A stretch of 64,000 nt of DNA from the NCBI RefSeq assembly GCF_964194155.1, contig NC_135883.1, positions 34,286,001-34,350,000 of the forward strand, given 5' to 3'. Below are positions 37,515 through 50,069 of the stretch, piece by piece; position 1 is the stretch's first letter, and every line of letters starts with the position of its first letter. Source of the DNA: Cetorhinus maximus (Eukaryota). Below the pieces are notes generated by a model. It was not told the origin of the DNA. It ran no database searches and saw only the letters and a list, made by a program, of their open reading frames with translations. The translations under genes and the position numbers were made by a program.

Positions 37515-39149
37515 GTATGCATTTTTTTTTTCATGGCCAAATTCCAAGAAAAAAGTATTCAGAATTGATCCTGTGTTCCTATTATTCTCTGTTGTGGGGT
37601 TAGGGGTAAATAGAAATCCCCAAACTGACCATAGCCTACCTAACAATACATAGTTGCTCGATGATCTACAATTTTTTATATTATGTTAACTTACAAGGGA
37701 AAAATACTAAAATAATTACTTGCTTAAATTCTTTACACTTTCTATGTGACCTTGATGAGCTCTCTAATCCAGATAACCAGTGTTAATGGAATGGATGAGA
37801 GGAGTTTAAAGTTTTGCCCCTCAGAATCTTTGGATATTTGCTCTTATTTTCCAGAAGCTTAGAGCTATGACCATTTTCTGTACTATTGTATTCCAACAAT
37901 AATTTAATAATTGTGCCTGCCTAAAACTCTTGTAAACCAACCAGTGGAAAGCAGTGAGCCACCAGTGGAAATTTCAGTTACAAATATTATGCACAATTTA
38001 TCAAAACTTGTTCACATAACTGCTAGTTGCTTACCTATATTGCTCAGCAACAAAAGTAAAATAATTGTCCCTCTTTCCTTGCAGCTGTCTCTTTGTTTGT
38101 CATCATACTCTGATCTTTTGTCTCCCTATCTCTTAGCTGCCTTTTTCCTGCTTGTTCATATGTGTCTCACATTTGTTCACTGCCTTCCCTTTCTGTAAGA
38201 CCTTCTTGTTTGCTGTCTTTTCTCAATTTTCCTCACTGCTTCTCGGCTTTTCCTTTTTCATTTTTTTGTTCTTTGTCTCCCCTTTTCACCTTCCGTGAAA
38301 ACAGATCATGTAAGGTTCTAGCCCTCCAGTTGGAGAAATTGGAGCAATGAAAGATGATTTGTCAAGTTTTGTGTCCCAAGCCTCAGTCCTCTCCCTCTCA
38401 ATTACTGTTAAGTCTTCCAACCTTCCCAACAATGACAATCTGCCTGTATTCCTTCCAGTCTGAGTGAATAAGCAGCTTTGTGAGGCAACAAGTTGGCCAT
38501 ACAAAGCGGTGAGGTGCTTGATCCATGGGCCGCATGTGATAAATGTCACATTATTATAGCATACAAAATATCAGACTGGACAAACAACTGTTTGATGTTT
38601 AAAAATGATATTATCCCATTAGACACCATTTTCATTTAGAGAAATTCAAATACCTAGTGGTTAACTGAAAGAACTATGATGTGAGATTTCACATTTTTAA
38701 ACAAAAATAAAGTTTACTGTACATAACTTAAACAAAGCCGGCACAAATACCTTAACATATAGTTTTTACAGACTTAAAAAAAGTAGAACTGGATTTATAA
38801 TTTATTTCCCCAACCCCACCCCCCAAGAATCTTGAGGGTTCATTCACTTCTCCTGAGACCAACCTACAGGTATGCCACAGCTCTCAAATTCACTTTAATT
38901 CTCCTGAACATTCCAACTGTTCTCCAAGATGCAAGATTTTATGGGGATCCTTCCATCAGCTTCTAACAAAGCAGCCAACTTTCCTTTAAGAAAGGAATGT
39001 GGACAGCTCAGCATGGGTTTCTCTCGCATTCTTGCTTAGTGATTCAAAATTAGGAACTAGGCTCCTTATTCTGACCTTGAACAGACCCAGACTGCTTTTC
39101 CCAGTGTGCTCCCACAGCTTCTGTAAGCTCTCAGTTTTGAAGAAGTCAC

Positions 39150-42100
39150 AGAACCGCGAATTTTATTGCCACAGGAGGCCCATCATGTCTGCACCAGCTC
39201 TCCAAATGAGCATTATGACCTAGTGCCATTGCCCTGTCTTTTCCCCTATCTCTGCACATTTTCAATTCAAATAATCATCTAATGTTCACTTGAATTCCTC
39301 TATTGAACCTGCCTCCATCACACTTCCAAGCAGTGCATTCTAGACCCAAAACACTCGTATGAAAAAGTTATTTTCTCACGTCACATTTGCTACTTTTGCA
39401 AATCACTTTAAATATGTGCCCTCTCATTCTTGATCCTTTTGTGAATGAGAACAGCTTCCCCATATGTCCAGCCCACTCATGATTTTGAACATCTCTATCA
39501 AATCTCCCCTTAGCCACCTTCTCTCCAAGGAGAACAGTCCCAAACTCTCCAATCTATCTTCATAACTGAAGTTCCTCATCCCTGAAACCATTCTTGTAAA
39601 TCTCTTCTGCATGTTCTTCAATGTGTTCACATCCTTCCTATAATGTGGCGCCCAGAACTGTACACAATACTGTAGCTGAGGTCTAATGAATATCTTCTAT
39701 AAATTCAGCATAACCTCCTTGCTCTTGTACTCTCTGCCCCTATTAATAAAGCCCAGGATACTATATGCTTTAACTGCTCTCCATCTTTCCTACCACCTTC
39801 AATGATCTATGCACCTATACACCAGGTCTTTCTGCTCCTGCACCCCTTCAAAATTTCACCCCTTATTTTATATTGTTTGTCTATGTTCTTCCTACCAAAA
39901 TGCATCACCTCACACTTCTCTGCATTGAACTTCAGCTGCAATCTCTGCCCACTCCACCAACTTGTCTACGTCCTTTTGAAGTTCTACACTGTCGTCCTCA
40001 CAGTTTATAACACTCCCAATCTTCCTATTATCTGTAAACTTTGAAGTTGAAATTGTACCGTGCACACCAAGATCTAGACTGTAAATAGATATCGGGAAAA
40101 GCTAGGGTCCCAATACCGACTCCTGGGGAATTCCATTACAAACCTTCGTCCAGCCTGAAAAATATCCATTGACCATTACTCTCTGCTTTCTATTTTTCAG
40201 CCAATTTTGTATCCATGTTGCTACTGTCCCTTTTATTCCATGAGCAATAACTTTTCTCAAGTCTGTTGTGTGGCACTGTATCAAATGCCTTTCGAAAGTC
40301 CATGTGTACCACATCAATAGCATTACCCTCATCAACCTTTTCTGTTGCCTCTTCAAAAAAACTCCCAGGTTAGTTATACATGATTTCCCCTTTAGAAATC
40401 TTTGCTGGCTCTTCCTTATCAACCCATATTTTTCCATGTGACTACCCCGAATAATTGTTCCTAGAATCTTGCCCACCACTGACAGTTACTGACTGGTCTG
40501 TAATTGCTGGGCTTACCCCTACAACCTTTTTTGAACAAAGGCATAATGTTTGCAATTCTCCAGCCCTCACGTCCCATGAGTCTAGGGAAGACTGAAAAAT
40601 TATGGACAGTGCCCCGCAACTCCTACTCTCACTTCCTTCTATACCCTTGGATGCATTTTGTCCGGTTCCGGTGCCTTGTCAACTTGAAGTACCAACAGTC
40701 TATTCAATACTTCTTCCTTATCAATTTTGAACCCTTCTAGTGACAGTTTCCTCGTCTGTCACCATGGCCTGGGTAGCATCTACCTCCTTGGTAAAGACTG
40801 ATGCAAAGTATTCATTTACTACCTCAGCCATGGCCCCTTCGTCCATGTGTAAATTCCCTTTTAGGTCCCTAATTGGCCCTACTCCTCCTTTTACCACCCT
40901 TTTACTGTTTATTTGCCTATGGAAGGAAGACTTTGGGATTCCCCTTTATGTTGGCTGCCAGTCTTTTCTCATAATCCCCCTTTGTTTCTCTAATATGCTT
41001 TTTCAACTCCCTTCTGAACTTCTGTATTCCTCTTGGTTTTCAGTTGTGTTTTCTACCTGACACCTGTCATAAGCACACTTATTACTTTATCTTAATTTCA
41101 ATCTCCTTTTTCATCCAGGGAGCTCTGGATTTGTTTGCCTTACCTTTCCCTTTTGATGGAATATACCTTGACTGTGCCCGAACCAATTCTTTTTTGAAGG
41201 TAGCCCATTGTTCAGCTGCAGTTTTTTCCGTCAATCTTTTGTTCCAGTCTATGTGGCCCAACTCCGTTCTTGCCCCATCGAAGTTGCCTCTCGTCCAGTT
41301 AGTTATTCTTACTCTGGATTGCCTATTGTCCTTTTCTATCATCATCCTAAAATGTACAATACAATGATCACTGTCTCCTAAATGCTCCCCTGCTGACACT
41401 TGATCTACTTGGCCCACCTCATTTCCAAGAACCAGGTCCAACAGTGCATCTTTTCTTGTTAGATTGGACACACACTGCTGTACAAAATTTACCTGAACAC
41501 AATATAGGAACTTTTGCCCCTCTCCGCCCTTTACACTACCACCGTCCCAATCTACATTCGGGTAATTAAAGTCCCCCATTATAACTACTCTATAATGCTT
41601 GCATCTCTCTGCAACTTCCCTGCAGATTTGTTTTTCTACATCCATTTCCCTAATTGGCGATCTGTAGACTACGCTGAGCAATTTTATTTGCATCCTTTTT
41701 GTTTCTTAGCCCTAGCCAAATTGATTCTGTCCTTGAAACCTCTGGGACATCCTCTTTCTCTAGCACTACAATGTTCTCCTTAACCGATACTGCCACCCCT
41801 CCCCCTTCTTTCCTTCCTTTCCTATCTTTTCTGAACTCAGGAATATTTAACTGCCAGGTCTCTGTTATCGCCATAACATCATATTCCCATGTGGCCATCT
41901 GTGCCTGTAATTCCCCAATCTTATTTATTATACTCCATGCATTCACATACATGCAGAGTAACCCTGATTTAGATTTTGTTACTTTCTCCCTCACCCCGAC
42001 TCCACCTATTAACCTACTATTCTCTATTCTAGTGTTATCTGTCTCTCCCAGTATTTTGTGCACCCTGGTACTCCCCCCTCCTATTTTCTCCTGGTTCCTA

Positions 42101-42650
42101 AACCCCTGCCGATTTAGTTTAAATCCCCCAACAGCACTAGCAAAACGCCCTGCAAGGAACTCTGTTCAGGTGCAACCCATCTTGCTTGTACAGGTGCCAT
42201 CATCCCCAGAGCCTGTCCCAGGAATCTAAAGCCTTCCCTCTTGCATCATCTTTCCAGCCACATTTATCTGCCTTATCCTCCTATTTCTGTTCTCACCTGG
42301 CATGTGGCACTGGAGTAATCTGGAGATTACTACTTTAGAAGTCCTCTTGCTAATTTTCTACCTAGCTCCCTAAATTCTGATTGCAGGACCACATCCCTCT
42401 TCCTACCTAAGTCATTGGTACCAATTTGGACCACAACCCCTGGCTGTTCACCCTCCCCAGAAGAATGTCCTGCAGCCACTCTGTGACATCCTTGACCCTG
42501 GCACCAGGGAGGCAGCATACCATCCTGAAGTCATGTCTATGGCCACAGAAACGCCTGTCTGTTCCCCATACCAATGAATCTCCTATCACTATTGCGCTTC
42601 CTTTGTTTTTTCTTCCTCCCCTCCTGTACAGCTGAATGGTGCCACAAACT
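39150..42650 (-). mobile_element. Internally deleted CR1 LINE with SGNH-esterase ORF1, APE endonuclease and RT remnants, antisense in RNASEH1 intron 7
   Basis: AIVIGDSLVWGTDRRF...CCLPGARVKDV and VVQIGTNDLG (esterase); CMYVNAWSI...AITETW...VVIMGDFNYP...LGDSDH (APE); GIPQESVLGP and QKRFTRMV (RT). Confidence 0.93.
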
Positions 42651-43404
42651 TGGCTTTGACTGCATGCCTCTGAAGAACCAGTGCCCTCACCAGTACAGCT
42701 GCTGGTCTCAGAGCTTCTGGAAGTTGCTTTCTCTCTGTCTGTGTTCCAAGTTGACAACTTCCAAACTAACTACAAACTGCCTACTTTCTGGAAGAGGCAC
42801 CCAGCTAAATGAAAACAAAGGCTGGGATGGGAGTTAGGACAGTTCCTATCTCTATGGCAACGTGGCTTGCCTTTGGATGCTCCCAAAACAGAAATGCAAA
42901 TTAATTATGTTTTGCCCTCAACACAACTATTTGATTCTGTGACCCACATGAATAATTTATATCTCTAATGGATATGATTGCGCAGTCTCCAGGATTGCTG
43001 GGTCCATCAAGCAACCCCTATGTTTACAAACTGGGTTTGCTGCCCTTTCATCTAGGAACAACATATCTCAGTGAAAGATTTCAATTATTTAAGTGTAGAC
43101 CTCCAGGCTTTCCAAGAGGTCCAGAGATGTGACATCCATTGTTCGGTGTTTTCATACTTCTAACTCTGACCTTGTAAGATAAACACCGATTACCTCAAAA
43201 CTGTTACTAACCCAAGCCTTTTGATTTGCTTTTACATTAGGGTTGTCACCAGTTTTCAATCAGCTATTGTTTCCAATTTTCTTCATTTATTAAAAAAAAC
43301 CCAATTCCCAAACTAAGTTATTTCCTAAGACTTCTGAATTATGTAACTAAATGTTTGCAACGCTGAGTGTCTCGATGTAATACATGTTTCTACTTGCTTT
43401 GCAG

Positions 43405-43491
43405 ATGCATGTGCCTGGCCATGCTGGTTTCACAGGAAATGAAGCGGCAGATAGTCTTGCTAAGGAGGGAGCCTCCAAGCCACCATGTTAA
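43405..43491 (+). CDS. RNASEH1: Ribonuclease H1 exon 8 (catalytic His and Asp, stop)
   Basis: MHVPGHAGFTGNEAADSLAKEGASKPPC*; ttgcag acceptor; the eight exons sum to 834 nt in frame. Confidence 0.98.
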   Translation: MHVPGHAGFTGNEAADSLAKEGASKPPC

Positions 43492-44552
43492 CTAGCACTG
43501 ACAAATGTACTTTGCAGTTCACATTTATGCATGGTTGCAAATCTGAAATGTGTACATCAAACTGATGCAAAGCAAATTTTATTTAATCATCTGGTTATTG
43601 TAAAGCTTCCTTTCGGGGACTCGCAGTGCTTTTTATTAGGGGTAATCTTCCAATTTCAGTTTATACTGGTGGACAGCTTCTCCCATTGCTAATAATGTAT
43701 ATTGGGAATTTATTGTAGTTACCAAATACCTGAAATTCCAAAGCACAGTACTGGTTGTGGGTGAGTCTTGCCAATAATGCAAAAGTTGGAAGTGTGTTTT
43801 ATTTTAAATAACAGTGGCTAACTTATTTTTCTTACTGAGCTGCAAATAATCTGCAACCGAGAAGTATTTCATCAATTTTTTCTGAAGCTTGCACTACTCA
43901 TTTGAGCTGGTTGCTACAGTTGCAGAATAGAAAATATTTGGGGAATTTGTTCTCGCCTCTTTCTAATTCCTCGTGTGTTCACTTTTCCCCTTGGGAAGAT
44001 GACCAGGCTCCAATCAGAATGGCAGAGCTTTCCAACTTTGCAGCATTGTGAACATGAGCTTGTATCTCTCTCTCTCTCGCTCCCTCATTAGCACAATGCA
44101 GCATGTTGCTATTTGCAACTCTGTTACAGTCCTGCAAATAAGTGTACATTATAATTGTGGGTTTTCATACATGGGCATATGAATCATTTGCATTAATTTT
44201 TTAACAGTATTTTGGTTGTACATTGTGTTGAAATATAAACTTGTTTTTGATTTGGGTTGGTGTGCAAGAGGTTCCAATCTAAATTTAGATGGTTTCTTAA
44301 ATGTTCAAATAATACACATTATTGGCTCCTGTTTTGAGTTTTCTTTTCGCTAATCATTTAAGTTTTATTTTTGTAAGCTGTTTTGTCACGTAAGGCACTA
44401 GCACATGAACCCAGTCGCAAACAGGGTTGATGAGTTGACTTTTGCTTTTACATTATAATATGATACAGGATTCAACTAGGATAGAGAAGCCACTTTTTAG
44501 AGTTGACCTTTGTACATGGGTTGGTATTCAGACTAAAGCTAAAATCATGTGA

Positions 44553-44558
44553 AATAAA
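44553..44558 (+). terminator. Candidate RNASEH1 polyadenylation signal
   Basis: First canonical AATAAA I found after the stop, followed by T/GT-rich sequence; earlier variant signals are possible. Confidence 0.45.
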
Positions 44559-44739
44559 ATTTATTTTATTTTTGTAGATTTGTCTTTTTGCTTTCCTTAT
44601 TCAAGAACCTCATAACAATGAAATAATTTGCACAATAATTCTAATTTCTTTGCCACACCAGAACACTTATGAAAGTACTCTGAAATTGCTTGGCTGAGAT
44701 TCTAGACTAACTCATTAATCTATAATGCTTGCATCAGAA

Positions 44740-46192
44740 TACTCAGTACAGCTACAGCACTGGCATCTGTGCAACAGTGTGGAAAATTGTTCAGGTACGT
44801 CCTCTCCACAAAAACCAGGACAAATCCAATCCAGCCAATTAATGCTCCATCAGTCTCTTGTAAATCATCAGCAATGTGATGGAAGGTGGTGTTGATACCT
44901 TCCATCAGGTGGCACTTGTACAGCAATAACCTGCTCTCTGATGCTCAGTTTGTGTTCTATCAGAGCCACTCAGCTCCTGACCTCACTACAGTCTTCCAAA
45001 CATGGAAAAAACAGCTGAACTAAAGGGCAGTAACTCTCACCTCCCCTGACATCAAGGTAGCACCAAATGTGGCACCAAGGAGCCCTAGCAAAACTGGAGT
45101 CAATGGGAATTGGGGAAAACTCTCCACTAGTTGGAGTCATACCTAGCACAAAGGAATATGGCTGTGGTTGTTGGAGGTCAGTTATCTCCGTTCCAGGACA
45201 TCTGTGCAGGAGTTCCTCAGGATAGTGTCCTAAGTCCAACCATCTTCAGCTGCTTTGTCAATGACCTTCCATCATAAGTTCAGAAATAGGGATTTTCACT
45301 GATGAATTTTCAGTGAAGATTGCACAATGTTCAGTGCAATGTGTGACTCCTCATCCTGAAGCAGTTTGTGTCCATGTGCTAAAAGGTCTGGGCAACATTC
45401 AGTCTTGGGTTGAAAGGTGGCATTTAATATTTGTGCAACACAAGTGCCAGATAATGACCATTTCCAATAATAGAGTCTAACCATCTCACCTAGACACTCA
45501 ATAGCATTACTATCATTGAATCCTTCATCCTGACGGTTACCACTGAACAGAAACTGAACTGGACCAGCCATATAAATACTGTGGCTACAAGAGCAGGTCA
45601 GAGACTGGGAATTCTGAGGCATGTAACTTAACCTCCTGACTCCCCAGAGCCTGTCCACCATCCATAAGGCACAATTCAGGAGTATGATGGAATATTCCCC
45701 ATTTGCCTGGATGATTGCGGATCCAACAACATTTAAGAAACTCAACACCATACAGGACAAAGCAATCTGCTTGATTGGCACCCCTACCACCAACTTAAAT
45801 ATTCACTCACTCCACCACTGGCACACTGGCAGCAGCGTATTATATCTAGGGTGTACTGCAGCAACTCCCCATTGCTCCTTTGACAGTACCCTTCAAACCT
45901 ACAACCTCTACTACCTAGAAGGACAAGGCCAGCAGATGCATGGAGACACCACCACCTGCAAGTTCCCCTCCAAGCTACACACCATCCTGACTTGGAACTC
46001 TTGCCGTTCTTTCACCTTCGCTGCATCAAAATCCTGGAACTCCCTAACAGCACTGTGGTTGTACTTGCACTACATGGACAGCAGTGGTTCAAGAAGGCAG
46101 CTCACCACCACCACCTCAATGGCAATTGGGAATGGGCACCAAATGTTAACCTTGCCAGTGATACCCACATCCCAGGGAAGAATTTTTTTTTT
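44740..46192 (+). mobile_element. CR1/L2-group LINE RT plus 3' tail (putative partner of the SINEs at 47.2 and 63.6 kb)
   Basis: GVPQDSVLSPTIFSCFVNDLP and MMEYSPFAWMIADPTTFKKLNTIQDKAICLIG; tail caagaaggcagctcaccacc...cccacatccc. Confidence 0.85.
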
Positions 46193-47193
46193 AAATTCCA
46201 GTATAACAAAATGGGAAGGTTTCTGTATTTTATTTAATTATATTAGGTAGACAGGGTAAACATTTTAAAATCTAGAGCAGGCAGTTGGATCTCTAAGCTA
46301 AGTCCACTATTTCTGTAGCGCTGATGACCAATAAACATACCTGCTACATATTGAGTATCGCAATGCATTTAATTCAATGCTGACAATTATGCTCAATATA
46401 TGTCAAAAGTTGCTTGATGGACATAATGCTTGCGAGTTAACAGTTTTTGTAATAGTTGAATTAAATTACTTTATGAACCAGATGTTTGCAGGAAAATTAC
46501 CAATGTACCAATAACCCACTTCAAAAGATGCCAACAGCATTTTTAAAGGTCCCAATTGTAACTTAAACTCCCTTGGGCATAAAATTACAATGTGGTTATT
46601 CTGTTCTAGTTTCGGCTGGAATTTAGTGATAAATGAAGTTTAACGGGTTCTGGAAGTTACTACTTCAAATCCTCTGCTTAAAACTGCACCAGAATTAGCA
46701 TACGATGAAAGTGCCAGTCCCCACTGGAGTAAGCTGGAAGCTTGTTCTGGCTTGTGTAAATGATTATGGTGGCATAGCTCTGATTAATTTTCCCCACTCT
46801 CCATCCCAGATAACTTAACTGTTACTATAAATGATGTCAGGAGCTACAGAAAGTTAATGCCGGAGGCTGATAAATTACCAATTTGTGTGCTGCTACCAAA
46901 GGTTGATGTTACTTTTGCCTCCAAATCAATCTCTTCAGTAGTTTGAAGGTTCAGTCGGGACGTTAGCTGTCAGCTCTGATCAAAATAATACATTATGTTG
47001 GGATGTGGATTTTCCAGTGGGCATCCCTATAATGTCATGAAGAAGAGAATGAAAATAGATTGGAGACTCTTAGTGAGGTATCATGGAAATTGTCTCTTGG
47101 CTGCATGCTCACCAAGATCTACAGAAAAGTGGTCTTGCTTAGACTTTTTTGACCATGAAGATCTGCAAGCCATTTCCACCATGGGAAATATTA

Positions 47194-47598
47194 GAGACAC
47201 AGTATCATAGTGGTTATGTTACTAGACTAGTAATCCAGTGTCCAAGGCTAATGATCTGAAGATATGGGTTCAAATCTGACCATGGCAGATGGGGAATTTG
47301 AATTCAATTATTTCAGTAAATCATGAATAAAAAAATAGTATCAGTATGTTGATGATGAAACTACCAGATTGCTGTAAAAACCCATCTAGTTCACTCATCC
47401 ATTAGGGAAAGTATCTCTTGTCCCTATCTGGTCTGGCCTGCAATCTGGTTGACTCTAACTGCCCTCTGAAATAGCTCAGGAAGTTACTAATTTGTATTCA
47501 AGAAGGCAGTTCACCATAGCCTTTTCAAGGGCAATTAGGACTGTGCAATAGATTCTAGTTTTATCTTGTGTTCATCCCAAGAATGAATATAAAAAAAA
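47194..47598 (+). mobile_element. tRNA-derived SINE
   Basis: A box (tcatagtggt) and B box (ggttcaaatc), shared core with 63645-63995, LINE-derived tail and A-run. Confidence 0.8.
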
Positions 47599-47664
47599 TT
47601 GTACCAGTCAAAGTCACTTTTACTATAAATTTCTTTCTGACTGGATCTTTCTAGGTAGCATCAG

Positions 47665-48175
47665 GTCATAGAATGGTTACATGACAGAATGAGCCTGTTG
47701 AGCCTATGCCAACTCTCTGCAAGAGAAATTTAGCTAGTCCCATTCCACTGCCCTTTCCCTATCGCCCTGCAAATATTTTGCCTTCAGGCACTCATCCAAT
47801 TCCCTTTTCAAAATCATGATTAAATCTGCCTCCACTATCCCCTCAGGCAATGCAGTCCAGATTGTAACCACCTACTGCTTTAGGTCTGTGTCTATTGGAT
47901 CTTGACTCTTCCAACAATGAGAATAGTTTCTATCTATTCCGTCTAGACACCTCATTATTTTTAACACGGCTATCAAATCTCCTTTCAAGCTTCTCAACAA
48001 CCCCAGCTTCCCCAAATCTTTTCTGCACCCTCTCTAAAGCCTTCATATCCTTCCTAAATTGCAGTGCCTAGAATTGGATACAATACAGTATGCCATTTGA
48101 GGCTGAAACAGTATTTTCTAAAGGTTCATCATAACTTCCTTGCTTTTGTACTCAATGCCTCTATTTATAAAGGCC
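47665..48175 (-). mobile_element. CR1 3' remnant
   Basis: Reverse-complement CR1 tail motifs as at 39.2-39.75 kb. Confidence 0.7.
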
Positions 48176-49035
48176 AGCTGCTCATTATCGTATCCAGATA
48201 ATCAGTGATGCCTTATTTAGGAGGGCTGTGCAATTCATATGCTTACCAATGGAAGCAGACAAACTAAAGCCATCCAGTGCTACGGACTGGTAGATTTCCC
48301 AGGGGTGATAGAGCTCATGTGATATCCAAGGCCCAAGTTACAACTTCCTCAATTTTAGGAAGAGGAAAGTCTTTCATTCTACTTGATGTCATTGAGCCTC
48401 TTTTGGCACTGTGTGGGCAGTTCTTAGGATGGTACAAGTTGCTGCTTAAATAAATTACCAGAAGCAAACAACAGTTATTTTGGGCACAAGTTCAGATGCT
48501 GATTCCATAGTGGTGAAACTGGAAGTCAAAACAACATCAGGATTAGTGGGAGCAGGAAAGGCAGAATTAGATCCATGTATATTATTTAGAAGTGCTTGTA
48601 TGGGAGATTGCAAAGGAGCAATGGCATCTACGGTCACAGAGCCAACATGAGAAAGTGTTTAAAAAAAAAGAGTGCCATTAGAAGGCAGAGGAAAATGAGA
48701 TAAGTACTGATGTGTCCTTGAATTGGCAGAGAGAGTTTTAAATATTATAAGAGAATAAATGAATGTTCTGTTAATTCACTCTGTAAAATAGCATAAAATA
48801 ACAAAGAGACCTAGCTATTCAAAATTTTAAGAAGGGGATAACAAAGATGGTTGTTATTACATTTCTGTTTCCATCAGCAGGAAGGAGGGTCATTAACAGA
48901 GGACACAGTGCTGATAATTGACAAAAGAACCAGAGAGGAGATGAGATTTAATTTCTACTTTTCATTATAACCTGGAATGCACTGCATGAAAGGTGGTAGA
49001 AGCAGAAGCAATAATAACTTTAGAGTATTGAATAA

Positions 49036-49967
49036 CGTGATGACCCTTTGCTTTGGAAAAACCTGTATATTCTTTTTGTGAGATGTCCCTTTAAGACCAA
49101 AGTGAAACTAAGATATTTTTGGAAAGGGGGGTTAATTGGTCAATTGAACATCTTGGGTATCACATCATTTCAAAAAAAGGTTAAACTTTTGCCAAGGTTG
49201 CTATGGAGATGTAAGCTAATTGTAGTGGTGTCGAGCCAGTTTATACAGCAGCTGGCCTGAGTAGGCACAGTTTTGAACTCAGAATTCGTGTGAGGGGAAG
49301 CAAGCAAAGCTCTCTACAAATAGATCAGCTTCCTGTTTGGCAGTTAGAAGAAAACACTCTTAATGAAGCAATGTGCGAGCAAGCTAAAAGGGACTGAATC
49401 CTGAAGGCGGTGTGAGTTGCTCAGGCATGCTAAAGAGCTGAGTGTTTGTACCAGAGGACCAGATCGTGTGAGAACCAAGTGTGTTGGTTGGTTGGTTGCA
49501 AAGGAGCTCTGGAAAGCTGTGCCACCAGGACATTTGAAATCCAACTGAGAGAGAGTTCATAGACATGCGCCTGTCCATATCCGAGGACCAAGGACCAAAT
49601 ATGGCTGCCAGTGATAGTGACTTGAGGGCCCCATCCATTGAGTGCAAAAACCGAGAGAACCTAGGTACTGGAGGCTGAACTGGAAAGACTGTGAGATTGC
49701 ACATAGTGCTGCATTTGTGCGGAAATGATGTGAGCACTTGAAGCTACATGAGGTATAAGTTTGTTGTATTGACAATTTAAAGTGAAAAATACCTTTTTAT
49801 TTGAAGTATCATTTTCCTGTTAATTAATGTTTGATGTATGTTGATTTTGGTTTAATTGTTGCAGTAAAAGTTTTAAAAAGTGAAATCTTGTCCATTGGTT
49901 TCTTTCTGTTAGAGCCATGAGGATTCCTTTATTTTACAAGTTATCGGGCTCAACAGGGGTCATAACA
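49036..49967. mobile_element. LTR of the 22467/30425 family in the opposite orientation
   Basis: Ends ...ggggtcataaca; cagtaaaagttttaaaaagtgaaatcttgt is the reverse complement of the shared block; left terminus cgtgatga and TSD imperfect. Confidence 0.6.
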
Positions 49968-50069
49968 TAAATGCATGAAATGGTAACATTTCCTGAGCTA
50001 TGGGGAAAGACCAGTGGTGTGGGACTAATAGATCTTTCAAATAAATGACACAGGCACAATGGGCTTTTT

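Noticed and set aside
17187-43491. RNase H domain as retroelement- or virus-derived
   Set aside because: Eight spliced exons, an N-terminal hybrid-binding domain and synteny identify the cellular RNASEH1
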